A stretch of DNA of 64,000 bases, taken from a virus. Lineage: Duplodnaviria > Heunggongvirae > Uroviricota > Caudoviricetes. Below are positions 17,135 through 27,181 of this stretch, piece after piece (position 1 is the stretch's first letter; the number at the start of each line of letters is the position of its first letter). The notes beneath the pieces were generated by a model. The model was not told the DNA's origin, did no database searches, and saw only the letters and a list, made by a program, of their open reading frames with translations. Both the position numbers and the translations under genes were made by a program. Location: positions 192,001 to 256,000 of IMG/VR virus record IMGVR_UViG_3300015615_000629. One strand, 5' to 3'.

Positions 17135-18661
17135 TTATCTGCTTACCCGAACGTAATATTTACCATCTTCATTTACCAACTCAAAATCATTCCCTAACGA
17201 CACCGTCTGTCCTCTTTTTGGCAATTCCCCGCCTCCATGTCTTTTTAACAATCCCCTGGCTTTTTGTGGTGATACGAGTCCTTCAACCCAATCTTTGCCC
17301 ATCTTCCGCATCAAATTTCGTTTTTTGTCCTTATAAGCATCTTCCGCCATTTCATGGTCATAAACTTTATTCAAATACTCTTCAATTTCTTCTGGCAACT
17401 CTAAATAACGTGCTAATTTTGCCAGCCTAAATAACCACCATGTATCCTGCCTATCAACTGTTCCGCTGAACATTTCGACTATTGTTTTAGTAGCAACAGA
17501 CTTAATACGCCTCACCGCTGCATCTAAACCAACCGATTTCCAAAATTCTTCATTTTCAAGGATATGACCAGCTGTTTCGGAAATGTATGTAATTTCCTTG
17601 GGGTCTTCTAAATTCTTCCAAAATTCAGAAGGCAACGGCTCCATGTGTTCGCTAGAGACACCCATATTAACATCTAGCAGAATTAAAGCCTGATGTGCCA
17701 ACCAACCAGCCGTATTCCGGTTAGGGTCACCTTTTTCAGTTAATACCCTCTCCAATAAATCAAAAATTTTACCATCTTGCTTTTCAGACGCATATACAAA
17801 CAAATGCAATACGCAATTGTTGGCATTATGGGCATAAACCTTTTTATACAAATCCCGAACCGGTATTCTATGATTCTTGGGTTGTAAATTGGGGATTTTC
17901 CAACGAGCCACATCACGCTTGATGTAATTGTTAGTATTCGGATACTTATCCGCCGACACCTCAGCCATAAATAGCATTTGCTCTAGATATTTTGTAAATG
18001 AAGAATGGTAGTCATCATGAGTTTCTTTGCCAGATTTACTGTAAACAATTTCTTCCCTACCGCCCGAACGATTTGAAACCTCATAAAATTCAATTATATC
18101 ATGATCGATTAATGGCTGAATAGCCTTTTTCATTATGTTAATGACGCTTCTCACAACACTTGGGGCATCATAGGCTTCAATTACCACTGTCCATGCCCCA
18201 GATTCCTTAGAGACACTAAAAGTGTTGGTTACTTTCGCCATATGAGAGGCTTTTTCTCTAGGATTAGGCGAAGTTTGGAAATCCGTAGGTTCTGTTCTTA
18301 AATCTTTTCCAGTCTCTTTATTGATCAAATCAACAAAATGAGATTCACCTTCTTTCCAAGGGACGAACTTAAAATTGCTGGCTCTCAACAATTTTATAAG
18401 ATTCTCAGTAAAGGCAATATCTGCCCCTGATTCCATTGTCTGAGTTTTTGTAATTACGACATAATTGCTTCTAGAACCTACGTTAGCCCAACCTACCAAA
18501 TTTCCTTTTCTAGGGATTACATTCCAGGTAGAATAAGATTTATCATCCTGATAGTTGAATTCTTTAAAATTAGGAACAGTATCTTCTGCCGAAACCAATT
18601 GGGCTTCCCCACGATTGGTTTGAATGACAATTCCTTCTGTGAGCCAAAGCTTAAAATCCAT
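17135..18661 (-). CDS. putative virion-internal protein with CTS-like leader
   Basis: MDFKLWLTE; TAAATA 4 nt before ATG. Confidence 0.65.
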   Translation of the reverse strand: MDFKLWLTEGIVIQTNRGEAQLVSAEDTVPNFKEFNYQDDKSYSTWNVIPRKGNLVGWANVGSRSNYVVITKTQTMESGADIAFTENLIKLLRASNFKFVPWKEGESHFVDLINKETGKDLRTEPTDFQTSPNPREKASHMAKVTNTFSVSKESGAWTVVIEAYDAPSVVRSVINIMKKAIQPLIDHDIIEFYEVSNRSGGREEIVYSKSGKETHDDYHSSFTKYLEQMLFMAEVSADKYPNTNNYIKRDVARWKIPNLQPKNHRIPVRDLYKKVYAHNANNCVLHLFVYASEKQDGKIFDLLERVLTEKGDPNRNTAGWLAHQALILLDVNMGVSSEHMEPLPSEFWKNLEDPKEITYISETAGHILENEEFWKSVGLDAAVRRIKSVATKTIVEMFSGTVDRQDTWWLFRLAKLARYLELPEEIEEYLNKVYDHEMAEDAYKDKKRNLMRKMGKDWVEGLVSPQKARGLLKRHGGGELPKRGQTVSLGNDFELVNEDGKYYVRVSR

Positions 18662-18664
18662 ACT

Positions 18665-19492
18665 TTATTTAGGAGATGGCTGGTAGATTTGACGGTTAAT
18701 AGGGCGTGTTTTCAACAAGCCCGCATCCAAGTCATTTATCCTTTTCCTGGCAATTTCACAATATTCAGGGTTATTATCCACCCCAATTCCTAATCGGTTG
18801 TTTTTTATAGCCGCTATTACAGCCGAACCAGAGCCACAAAAAGGGTCTAAAATGACATCTTTCTCGTTACTAGCAACCAAAATACAGCGTTCAGCTAATT
18901 CAACTGGAAATTGACAAGGATGAGCCGTTTTCTCAGGATGATTATGTTTAACATTCGGAATATGCCAGACTTCGTTCTCCCAATCCTTACAAACTATTTC
19001 CCATATATCGCCTGGATTCTTGCCTAAAGGATTGCAAGACAATTCCCCTTTTCTTGGGCCTTTAAAATATCTCTTATTTGGGTATTTGGATGGAATTCTT
19101 ACAGAATCTAAATTAAAAGTGAATTCATCTGATTTAGTGAAAAACAGAATAGTTTCATATCTTCCGCTAAAGCGTTTTTTAGCATGCAGTCCATGTTCGA
19201 AATGCCAAATAATTCGGTTTCTTAATTTAAAACCTAATTCCTTAAAAATTGGGTAATAAACAATGTCAAGCGGAACGATTTCCCCTTTGTTTATCCAGTT
19301 TCCAACTTGCCAGAAAACACTACCTGTGGATTTAAGAATACGTGGAAATTCCTTGACAACATCATGAAACGGTACAAGTTTCTTAGATTCGTATTCTTTG
19401 CCAATTCCATACGGTGGACTTGTAATTATGGTTTGAATAGAGTCGTTAGGAAGTTCCTTTAGAGACTCTAGTGAGTCAGAGCAAATAATCAT
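18665..19492 (-). CDS. beta-class DNA methyltransferase (SPPY, probably N4-cytosine)
   Basis: ITSPPY, HPCQFP, LDPFCGSGS; ATGA-coupled start at 19492. Confidence 0.88.
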   Translation of the reverse strand: MIICSDSLESLKELPNDSIQTIITSPPYGIGKEYESKKLVPFHDVVKEFPRILKSTGSVFWQVGNWINKGEIVPLDIVYYPIFKELGFKLRNRIIWHFEHGLHAKKRFSGRYETILFFTKSDEFTFNLDSVRIPSKYPNKRYFKGPRKGELSCNPLGKNPGDIWEIVCKDWENEVWHIPNVKHNHPEKTAHPCQFPVELAERCILVASNEKDVILDPFCGSGSAVIAAIKNNRLGIGVDNNPEYCEIARKRINDLDAGLLKTRPINRQIYQPSPK

Positions 19493-19797
19493 ATATCCCA
19501 ATAATCCCATTCTTCGGGCGGATAATTTGTAACAAAAAGATTGTATGCTTCCTCGCTATCAGCATAAACCTCGTGTTCAAAATCTCCCCAAACACGCCCA
19601 TATTTCGGATGAACGGCTTCAAATGCATTAACCCATACATAATAATCTTCATGGATATCGCCAGTTATAGTCCATCCATCCGAATGAGTACGACTACTAG
19701 ATTTCTTAGCCGATTCAATACGTTTGTCTTCACAAACATATGAAGCATGAAGCGTATTTGCGTAGTGGCTGTCATAATTAAATTTTTTTGTAAACAC
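19489..19797 (-). CDS. hypothetical protein
   Basis: 102 aa ORF inside the operon. Confidence 0.6.
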   Translation of the reverse strand: MFTKKFNYDSHYANTLHASYVCEDKRIESAKKSSSRTHSDGWTITGDIHEDYYVWVNAFEAVHPKYGRVWGDFEHEVYADSEEAYNLFVTNYPPEEWDYWDI

Positions 19798-19800
19798 ATT

Positions 19801-20754
19801 TCACCATAATTTAAGTTTTTCTGCCATTAATGCCAAATCATCTCTTTTACTAAGCCCCTTTATCTTATCAATAATTTTACTGGTGGATAGATCGGGATGT
19901 AATTTACATGTTTTAACATTTTCGACACCAACAATATCACTTCCCACTACATTCTTGGCCTCGTAGTCCTGTCCTTTAATTATAAAATCTGGTTTTATTT
20001 CTTTGATAAGATTCAAAGGCGTATCTTCATCGAATGATATCACATAATCCACATCCTGTAGAGCCGTAATTAGTGCTGTTCTTTGTTCTAAAGTGAAGAT
20101 AGGTCTATCGGCACCTTTGAGACGAGTAATGCTAGCATCTGAATTTAGGGCAACAACTACTTTACCAAATTGTTTAGCAAATTTAAATACTTCTACATGG
20201 CCAGCATGAAATAAATCGAAACAGCCATTGGCAAAAGCCAATTTAAAATTTCGGTTTTTTAAAAACCCAATATCCGCTAATTTGTTCTTAATCTTCTTGT
20301 ATTCCACAATATTGTATTCAGGACAGGATTCTACTAGTCTAGATGACCAATCTCCTAAGAGAACGGGAAATTTAGTATCTGTCTTGTAGGTTACGTTTAT
20401 TTCTGTGGCTAAAACAGTATCGATCAGGTCTTGTTCTAGAAACTGTGTATAAATTTGTTCTCCACCTATAACGTATGCTTTATCTGCTTTAATCAAAGAG
20501 ATGGCATCTTGAATAGAAGGAACAAAATGAACCTTGTCGTTCTCTCCTGACAAGGTTCTACTTATTACGATATTATGACGGTCTTTTAAGGGTTTTCTTG
20601 GTAACGAGTCCCAAGTTGCTCGCCCCATCAAGACAAAATTGTTAAGAGTTGTATTTCTGAAATTTTTTAAATCACCTGGAATTTTCCACGGAATTTTGCC
20701 TCCATTTCCAATCCCACGGTTCTTATCGTAAGCTACGATAGCGATAATTTCCAT
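19801..20754 (-). CDS. folA: dihydrofolate reductase fused to RfaE/HldC-like nucleotidyltransferase
   Basis: N-half GIGNGGKIPW..PGDLKNF, VLMGRATW, VIGGEQIY; C-half ANGCFDLFHAGH, LNSDASITRLKG.RP, FDEDTP, KGQDY, STSKII. Confidence 0.88.
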   Translation of the reverse strand: MEIIAIVAYDKNRGIGNGGKIPWKIPGDLKNFRNTTLNNFVLMGRATWDSLPRKPLKDRHNIVISRTLSGENDKVHFVPSIQDAISLIKADKAYVIGGEQIYTQFLEQDLIDTVLATEINVTYKTDTKFPVLLGDWSSRLVESCPEYNIVEYKKIKNKLADIGFLKNRNFKLAFANGCFDLFHAGHVEVFKFAKQFGKVVVALNSDASITRLKGADRPIFTLEQRTALITALQDVDYVISFDEDTPLNLIKEIKPDFIIKGQDYEAKNVVGSDIVGVENVKTCKLHPDLSTSKIIDKIKGLSKRDDLALMAEKLKLW

Positions 20755-20762
20755 ATTTGTAT

Positions 20763-21554
20763 TTAAACAGCAATCGGTGCCTTTATCGCCGGATGGCATT
20801 TATAACCTTCTAAAGAAATATCTTCATAAAGAAAGTCGTCAATATCTTTAACATTTGGAGACAATTTCAGCTTCGGAAGTGGATATGGTTCTCTAGAGAG
20901 TTGCAATTTGACTTGTTCTATATGGTTCTTGTAAATGTGGACATCGCCACCAAACCACACTAAGTCGCCAACTTCCAACCCTGTAACTTGTGCTATAAAA
21001 TGCGTCAAAAGAGCATAACCACAGAAATTAAAGGGTATTCCTAATAAGGTATCGCATGACCTTTGAAACCAAACACAAGACAATTTCCCATTTGTTACAT
21101 TAAACTGAAAATGTGTATGGCAAGGAGCCAAGGCCATTTTAGGGATATCAGATACATTCCAGGCCGATACAAGCAACCGTCTTGAATTGGGATTGTCTTT
21201 AATCTGTTGGATTACTTCTCTAATTTGATCGATTCCATTCCAATTACGCCACTGGACGCCGTAGACTGGTCCTAAATTGCCGTCTTTATCGACCCATTCG
21301 TCCCAAATTGACACGCCATTATCATTCAAAAATTTAATGTTATGATCGCCACTTAAAAACCAGAGTAATTCAAAAACAGCAGATTTAAAATGTACTTTTT
21401 TAGTGGTTACAATAGGGAAGCCAGCACTTAAATCGGCTCTGATGCTCCTACCGAATACGCTAAGAGTGCCTATGCCTGTCCTATCGTCCTTTTCGACACC
21501 ATTTTCAAGGATGTCCTTAAGAAGATCGAGATATTGAGTTTCAAAATTAACCAT
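20763..21554 (-). CDS. thyA: thymidylate synthase
   Basis: [40 protein letters not shown]. Confidence 0.96.
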   Translation of the reverse strand: MVNFETQYLDLLKDILENGVEKDDRTGIGTLSVFGRSIRADLSAGFPIVTTKKVHFKSAVFELLWFLSGDHNIKFLNDNGVSIWDEWVDKDGNLGPVYGVQWRNWNGIDQIREVIQQIKDNPNSRRLLVSAWNVSDIPKMALAPCHTHFQFNVTNGKLSCVWFQRSCDTLLGIPFNFCGYALLTHFIAQVTGLEVGDLVWFGGDVHIYKNHIEQVKLQLSREPYPLPKLKLSPNVKDIDDFLYEDISLEGYKCHPAIKAPIAV

Positions 21555-22047
21555 ATACAGGTTGCCTCTCTGTTTTATAAACAATACCAGATTCAGTTCT
21601 AGTAAATTCAACAGTCATATCGCAATAAATATCACAATCCTCGCCACTCAGATATTTGAATATCTTTTTTCTAGTCTCTGCACTTAAGTCTTTGTTCAAA
21701 CTTTCAAGATAAACAGATATCTTATCACTTGTTGTAATTAAAGTGTTATTTTTATATTTGTTATTTTTGATTTTAAGCAACTTGTTCTTAATAGTCAAAA
21801 TGTTTTTTCTGGCGGTGTCGTCTAACGTTACAACCAAACCCAGCAATGGCTCCACATGTTCTGTAATGTGTAAACCAATTTCCTCTATTTCCTTCATTCC
21901 AGGGAGTTCACACCAATGTTCGCCATTGATTGACAAATCCTCCGAGTTTAAATAAAATTCATCTTTTGAACCGAACCAGAACATTAGACTTTTAAGTTCC
22001 GGCGTATTAGCAAAAAACTTCTCAATTTTGCTGACAAAACGTTTCAT
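21547..22047 (-). CDS. hypothetical protein
   Basis: 166 aa with AGGA SD. Confidence 0.6.
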   Translation of the reverse strand: MKRFVSKIEKFFANTPELKSLMFWFGSKDEFYLNSEDLSINGEHWCELPGMKEIEEIGLHITEHVEPLLGLVVTLDDTARKNILTIKNKLLKIKNNKYKNNTLITTSDKISVYLESLNKDLSAETRKKIFKYLSGEDCDIYCDMTVEFTRTESGIVYKTERQPVYG

Positions 22048-22058
22048 ATATACATCCT

Positions 22059-22652
22059 ATGGATTTCCGAGTCTGGTTAGAACTAAATCAATCCGATATC
22101 GATCATTGGTCAAAATACACGATAAATCGAGTATTTAATACGGAACAAGAAGCCAGAGAATTCATTTTCCACACACTTCAACGTTATGATGCCTCATCAA
22201 GTGGCCAAGTCTTTGGCGTCCAAGGGCCAGATAAAAACAGAGAATTCGCCAACTCCATGCCAATTTATACCTTTCGAAACAAATTTAAAATAGGCCAAAA
22301 ACCGAAATATGTTCGCAAAAAACTCACTTGGGATGAGTTTACCATCAAGCGCCCAAATTGGGAATATATCATTCAAACCGCCCAAGCAAACTCCGAACAA
22401 GACTTTGAGGTAACAAAAATACAGTTTTTCCCATTATACAAAATACTGCCAAAAGCCGATTCCATGTATCAAAATAATAATGAACCGGCCAGGATTCAAC
22501 AATTAGCCGCCGATATGAAAGAAAACAAGTGGATTGAAGCTATTATCGTAGATGTAAATGACAACTACATTCTAGAAGGACAACATAGAGCCAGAGCGGC
22601 CAAGTTACTCAAAATGACTACCGTCCCTGGTATTGGTATCGTCTATTCCTAA
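22059..22652 (+). CDS. ParB/sulfiredoxin-like domain protein with CTS-like leader
   Basis: MDFRVWLE; AIIVD...ILEGQHRARAAKLL...VP. Confidence 0.75.
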   Translation: MDFRVWLELNQSDIDHWSKYTINRVFNTEQEAREFIFHTLQRYDASSSGQVFGVQGPDKNREFANSMPIYTFRNKFKIGQKPKYVRKKLTWDEFTIKRPNWEYIIQTAQANSEQDFEVTKIQFFPLYKILPKADSMYQNNNEPARIQQLAADMKENKWIEAIIVDVNDNYILEGQHRARAAKLLKMTTVPGIGIVYS

Positions 22653-23714
22653 TCTCTTTTTAGCAATCTCAAAATATTCCTTTTCCATTTCTATTCCAAT
22701 AAAATCTAAACCTAAATTTTGGGCGGCAACCCCTGTTGTCCCACTTCCCATAAAAGGGTCTAAAACAACACTTTTATTGGGCATCTTGACCAAATTACAT
22801 AAATATTCCATTAATTTCAATGGTTTAACCGTAGGATGGTTATTCTCTTTACCTTTTTCGCTCTTGGCGGCTTTTGCACAATAAAAGAACCTAGAAGCAC
22901 CACCAGAATCACCATATTCGATATTAGGAGTTCCTACAGGGCGGCTTTCAGTTCCATAAGCATTAGGACGATAACCAACGCTGGTTGACTTCTTAACCGC
23001 TCCCGTACCGCTTTTTAAAACACCTGTTTGTTCATCTAACAACTCAGCAGATTCTTCGTCTAGAATTAGATTGGTTGGCCAGCGTCCTTTATCCAAACGA
23101 CAAGCATCAATGTTTATTCCGGCTACATTATGCTTTTCTATGTTCTCAATATAAGTGCCTTCAAAAGGCTTCATTGCTAAGATAATAGGTTCCCAAGCTG
23201 GCTTAAGGGCTGTACCCCATCCATTCCACAATTTGGCAAGATCGGTGGATGGAGCAGTAATATCCCATTGTTCAGCGGAAGTATCAGAATCTAACGATTC
23301 AACATGAAAGGCTCTACTTTTCACATTTGCAGGATTTTTTAAGGTAGGATGAACACGACGGCCAACAACTTCACGGGTGGCTTTTTTAGATTTGTCAATA
23401 GATTTAGAAATATCTAATGATTTTGGAAAACCAGTGCCATAAAGCCACATCAGACAATCACGAATTTCCCAACCCGCATCTTCGATTGCACTCATAAGCC
23501 GATGGTGCGTTCTTGTTCCGCCAAATGCCAATAAAATTGCTCCTGGCTTAGCGACTCTTAGAATTTCTTTCCAGAAAATACTACCAGGAACACCGTAATC
23601 CCAATTCTTACCCATAAACGACAAACCATAAGGCGGGTCGGTTATAATAGAATCAATACTGTTTTCTGGCAGCTGCGGGAGAATTTTCAGACAATCTTCA
23701 TTTATAATCTGCAT
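22605..23714 (-). CDS. beta-class DNA N6-adenine methyltransferase
   Basis: ITDPPY, HPTVKP, LDPFMGSGTT. Confidence 0.9.
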   Translation of the reverse strand: MQIINEDCLKILPQLPENSIDSIITDPPYGLSFMGKNWDYGVPGSIFWKEILRVAKPGAILLAFGGTRTHHRLMSAIEDAGWEIRDCLMWLYGTGFPKSLDISKSIDKSKKATREVVGRRVHPTLKNPANVKSRAFHVESLDSDTSAEQWDITAPSTDLAKLWNGWGTALKPAWEPIILAMKPFEGTYIENIEKHNVAGINIDACRLDKGRWPTNLILDEESAELLDEQTGVLKSGTGAVKKSTSVGYRPNAYGTESRPVGTPNIEYGDSGGASRFFYCAKAAKSEKGKENNHPTVKPLKLMEYLCNLVKMPNKSVVLDPFMGSGTTGVAAQNLGLDFIGIEMEKEYFEIAKKRLGIDDTNTRDGSHFE

Positions 23715-23728
23715 TCTTCAAATGTAAA

Positions 23729-24157
23729 CTAAAACATAGAAATGTCAACTATTTCTCTGGTGTGCCCGTTCATGACCGTAACGATGCCATCGTAACCATC
23801 TGCCCTTATTGCTTGACTTAATCGCTTTCCAGTTTTCTTGTAATGTTGAGATAAATTACTTTTCCAACTGTTTTCATCGTAGGAAACGCTATTTTTAGAA
23901 TTGAATGGGATTACTAGTGGGTTTTTAAAAGTAATTTCTCCAACTTCCCATCTTGAACCGGTATCTCCAGGTTCTTCGTTATGGATTACATATTTTCCGG
24001 CTGGTTCTATATCTTGTTGATAAAGTGGGCCAAAATTGGGTGCTTTTTCTTTGCCCCTTAGATATTTGAATGTGACTGATTTTCCAGTGACAAATTGGAT
24101 GCCTTGTTCGTTGGCTGTGCCGAATTCAATGTTTTCTAGCCATAATTTGAATTTCAT
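23729..24157 (-). CDS. ART-PolyVal-like domain protein with CTS-like leader
   Basis: MKFKLWLE; FKNPLVI...AIRADGYDGIV. Confidence 0.55.
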   Translation of the reverse strand: MKFKLWLENIEFGTANEQGIQFVTGKSVTFKYLRGKEKAPNFGPLYQQDIEPAGKYVIHNEEPGDTGSRWEVGEITFKNPLVIPFNSKNSVSYDENSWKSNLSQHYKKTGKRLSQAIRADGYDGIVTVMNGHTREIVDISMF

Positions 24158-25671
24158 TACATCACGAATATTTTGCCAATCATGCTGTCAAGTAGCCAAT
24201 CACAATCATTCATTAGTTCTAATTCTAAATCTCTTAAGTCTTCTGAGCCATCACCTCTTTGAAATGGGCCTTGGGGTCGTCCCCAAGCATAAGAGTGAGG
24301 CACTTGTTTAGGAAAATCGTTAAATTTAATCTTTCCTGTAGTTATGTATTGTGCCAAAAGTTCGTGAGTAAATTCGCCCAATCTAAAAATATTACCTGTC
24401 CTGGCGGATTTCATGGTTCCTAAAGATTTTGCTAAATTTAGAAGTAACGTTTGAAATTGTCTATAATTTTTTTGCTCCCCATCTTTCCAAAAACCGTAAC
24501 TCCTCTGTGGTATATCACGGTTATAGTAAAATTGCAAAAATCTACTTAACGCATTTTTAATCTTATTGTCAAACTCTTGTGCTTCTGGTTCTCTGCGTAT
24601 AGCGTGTCCAAAACGATGTGCCATAGTCCATGCTGTCATTGGAACCCGTTCGGCACCAATATTATTGGTATAAATTACAGTTATATTATCTCTGTTAATG
24701 GGTGGAAGATTTATCTTCAATTCATCTCTAAGGAATTCATCATTTACTCTACCTATTTCAGTTTGTTTGTAAGCAATAGGAGACTTCAAAAAATATAAGT
24801 CAAAATCCTGTCTTACATTCTCCCATTTTCTTTTAATTTTCTCCACACCTTTTTCGGAAGTTAAAATGCCAACATCATCAGGTTGATAGCCGTATTTTCT
24901 TTTCTTATCATCCCAATTCCCCAATAACTCGAAATGGCTAATGGGAGTTTCTAGTAATTTCTTTTTTTTAGGGCTTCTCCTAACGGGCTGCATAATTGGA
25001 CGAGCAAAACCAGCCACACATGCCGTTGAAGTTCCCTCTTCATTCTTAAGCCATTCTTTGAAACTTAAACTCTCTGAATTTAATGCCCAATGTTTCTGAC
25101 CAGGAGTTAAATCCTTCCAAGGACTTACTTTAGGAGAAGCCCCTGCTCTTAAAAGAGCCTGTTTTTTCTCATCGCCTCTAAGTAAATGCATCTTATTAAT
25201 ATCTAGACTCGCATTTGGATTAACTTTTGAAAAACCAGTTTTTTTAAATTGCTCGTATGGTATAGGTTCTTCTGAAAATCTACTATAAATTAAAGAATCG
25301 TCGTCAATTAATCCTTCTCCTTGTAGTTTTTTCATACAACCAGGAAGCAATCTCATAAAAAGATTATATGGTTGTGTAGAAGGATTTTCCTCATCGTCTG
25401 AGTTCCAGAAAGAAACAACTTTAATGCCATCTTCTCGATCAAAAGCAACTCGTCCTACCAAAAAACGGTCAATAGGACGAGATTGTGGTTCGGTTCCAAA
25501 TCTTTTTTGGTAATAATCTTTGTAGCCATCATTATTGTCATGGCTAAGATTGGCGTGTGAAAATGCTTCTCTTGACTTAAAAAGTTTGCCATCGTCTGTA
25601 TAGATAAAAGCAATTGGTTTTTGATAACGCATCATGCGGGCCAGAATGGCATCTGGAGAAACGAAAGCCAT
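24157..25671 (-). CDS. multi-module protein with internal CTS-like motif
   Basis: internal SFKEWLKNEE and LLE; C-terminal WTMAHRFGHAI. Confidence 0.6.
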   Translation of the reverse strand: MAFVSPDAILARMMRYQKPIAFIYTDDGKLFKSREAFSHANLSHDNNDGYKDYYQKRFGTEPQSRPIDRFLVGRVAFDREDGIKVVSFWNSDDEENPSTQPYNLFMRLLPGCMKKLQGEGLIDDDSLIYSRFSEEPIPYEQFKKTGFSKVNPNASLDINKMHLLRGDEKKQALLRAGASPKVSPWKDLTPGQKHWALNSESLSFKEWLKNEEGTSTACVAGFARPIMQPVRRSPKKKKLLETPISHFELLGNWDDKKRKYGYQPDDVGILTSEKGVEKIKRKWENVRQDFDLYFLKSPIAYKQTEIGRVNDEFLRDELKINLPPINRDNITVIYTNNIGAERVPMTAWTMAHRFGHAIRREPEAQEFDNKIKNALSRFLQFYYNRDIPQRSYGFWKDGEQKNYRQFQTLLLNLAKSLGTMKSARTGNIFRLGEFTHELLAQYITTGKIKFNDFPKQVPHSYAWGRPQGPFQRGDGSEDLRDLELELMNDCDWLLDSMIGKIFVM

Positions 25672-26069
25672 TACATCCCTCCAGCGGCAGGCTGTTGAGC
25701 GAACGGCTGAGTTAGCATTGTATTCAACTTAGAAACAGGAATCAAATAAACCTTATTGTCCGGAGCAGTTCCCTTGGGAACCTTAACCATCTGTCCGTCA
25801 ACTGTTTTATAACGCCTTACCAACCTGTCAGATGGCCCAGCGTTCATTTGGACTTTAGCCATTGTCGGCTCGCCCCTGTCGTTATATTCATATCCAATTA
25901 TGCTAAAGGCTCCCAGATTATAAGTATCTCCTAACTTAAAGTTAGAAACGACCTGGGGAGACGCCTTAAGCACTTCTGGGTCTATCCCTAGCTCATCCTG
26001 AACAGCGGTTAAATAATCACTAGGTTTAGGGGCGGTTGTCTCAAAATATTGGCGAAACGTCAAATCCAT
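25671..26069 (-). CDS. hypothetical protein with CTS-like leader
   Basis: MDLTFRQYFE; TATATA 5 nt before ATG. Confidence 0.65.
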   Translation of the reverse strand: MDLTFRQYFETTAPKPSDYLTAVQDELGIDPEVLKASPQVVSNFKLGDTYNLGAFSIIGYEYNDRGEPTMAKVQMNAGPSDRLVRRYKTVDGQMVKVPKGTAPDNKVYLIPVSKLNTMLTQPFAQQPAAGGM

Positions 26070-26087
26070 AATCTTATATAGATTATG
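26067..26087. promoter_or_regulatory. palindromic bidirectional late-promoter candidate
   Basis: CATAATCT-TATAT-AGATTATG joins two divergent ATGs 15 bp apart. Confidence 0.6.
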
Positions 26088-26537
26088 ATCCTATCAGAAG
26101 AATTAAATAACTGGACTAATTTATGGGATGAAGCCGTAAAAAAGGAGAAAATCAATCAAATTAAATCCATTTTGGACGCAAATGACTTGAATTTCTTTTT
26201 TACAAAGGAAGGCGAGTTGTTTGCAGGCCCTGAAGAAAGCCGTGTAGTCTTCGCCAGAATGAAGAATCCAGACAAAGAAACCCCAAAAGGTTGGCTAACA
26301 ACAGCCGGTTTTGCTGCTATCAATCTCAACAAATCCCTAGAAAATGGCTTAACCCAAACCATGTTAAACCACAAAGACCTAGATTCTATCAAAGTTGTTG
26401 ATCAAGACACTATCTGCGACCTATTTGCCAAGAAAATAGGTAATAAATCCAACTGGCAATTTGTCCTTAAAAACACCTTCAAAAAGTCTACCACGAACGA
26501 CCCATCCAACATGACTCCAATTGGGGATGAACGGTAA
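26085..26537 (+). CDS. hypothetical protein
   Basis: 150 aa; TATATA 4 nt before ATG. Confidence 0.65.
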   Translation: MILSEELNNWTNLWDEAVKKEKINQIKSILDANDLNFFFTKEGELFAGPEESRVVFARMKNPDKETPKGWLTTAGFAAINLNKSLENGLTQTMLNHKDLDSIKVVDQDTICDLFAKKIGNKSNWQFVLKNTFKKSTTNDPSNMTPIGDER

Positions 26538-27181
26538 TGTTTGAAAAAGATACAAGTAGAAAATATCAATGTTTCGTGTGTAACGAAGTTTTTGAAGATT
26601 ACGATACCTTCAAAGAACACATTTTGGAAAACCACGAAGAAGGCACAGATTATGTCCTTTGCCCAATAGCACACTGCCAAGCACCCGTAAGGGACGTTGT
26701 GCAGCATCATAAAGCCAAACATCCTTGGGAAATACTACCGAAAAAAGGCATGCTAAAGGCTTCTATTTGGCGTGATTATCGCGGCAAGAGAAAAAAGAAG
26801 GTTAAATTCAAACAAGGACACTATTCTTCCATAAAAATGGATAAAAGTTTTTATTACAAGTCTGGATACGAATTAACTGTTCTGGAATGTCTTGATAATT
26901 GGAAGCAAATTATAGCTTTTGAAGTGGAGCCTTTCGAAATACCCTATATTCACAGGGGAAACGACCATAAATACCTTCCAGATTTCTTAGTGGTATTTGC
27001 AGATGGCAGAAAAGAAGTGTGGGAAATTAAGCCCGATAGCCAGACAACTTACAAGAAAAATATAGATAAATGGCGAACAGCTGAATTGTATTGCGAAGCC
27101 AGAGGATGGAAGTTCTATATTTTAACTGAAGAAGAAATTGAGAAGTTAAAGAGAGTTGTTATTAACGAAACCGCTCAATAA
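26537..27181 (+). CDS. TnsA-like / T4 gp4-like head completion endonuclease with two N-terminal C2H2 zinc fingers
   Basis: CFVC..HILENH; CPIAHC..HHKAKH; KSGYE, IPY..YLPDF, EIKP, KW..A..YC..RGWKF.ILTE. Confidence 0.8.
   Translation: MFEKDTSRKYQCFVCNEVFEDYDTFKEHILENHEEGTDYVLCPIAHCQAPVRDVVQHHKAKHPWEILPKKGMLKASIWRDYRGKRKKKVKFKQGHYSSIKMDKSFYYKSGYELTVLECLDNWKQIIAFEVEPFEIPYIHRGNDHKYLPDFLVVFADGRKEVWEIKPDSQTTYKKNIDKWRTAELYCEARGWKFYILTEEEIEKLKRVVINETAQ

Noticed and set aside
26537-27181. Tn7 element
   Set aside because: No tnsB/tnsC or transposon ends seen; the fold is shared with T4 gp4.
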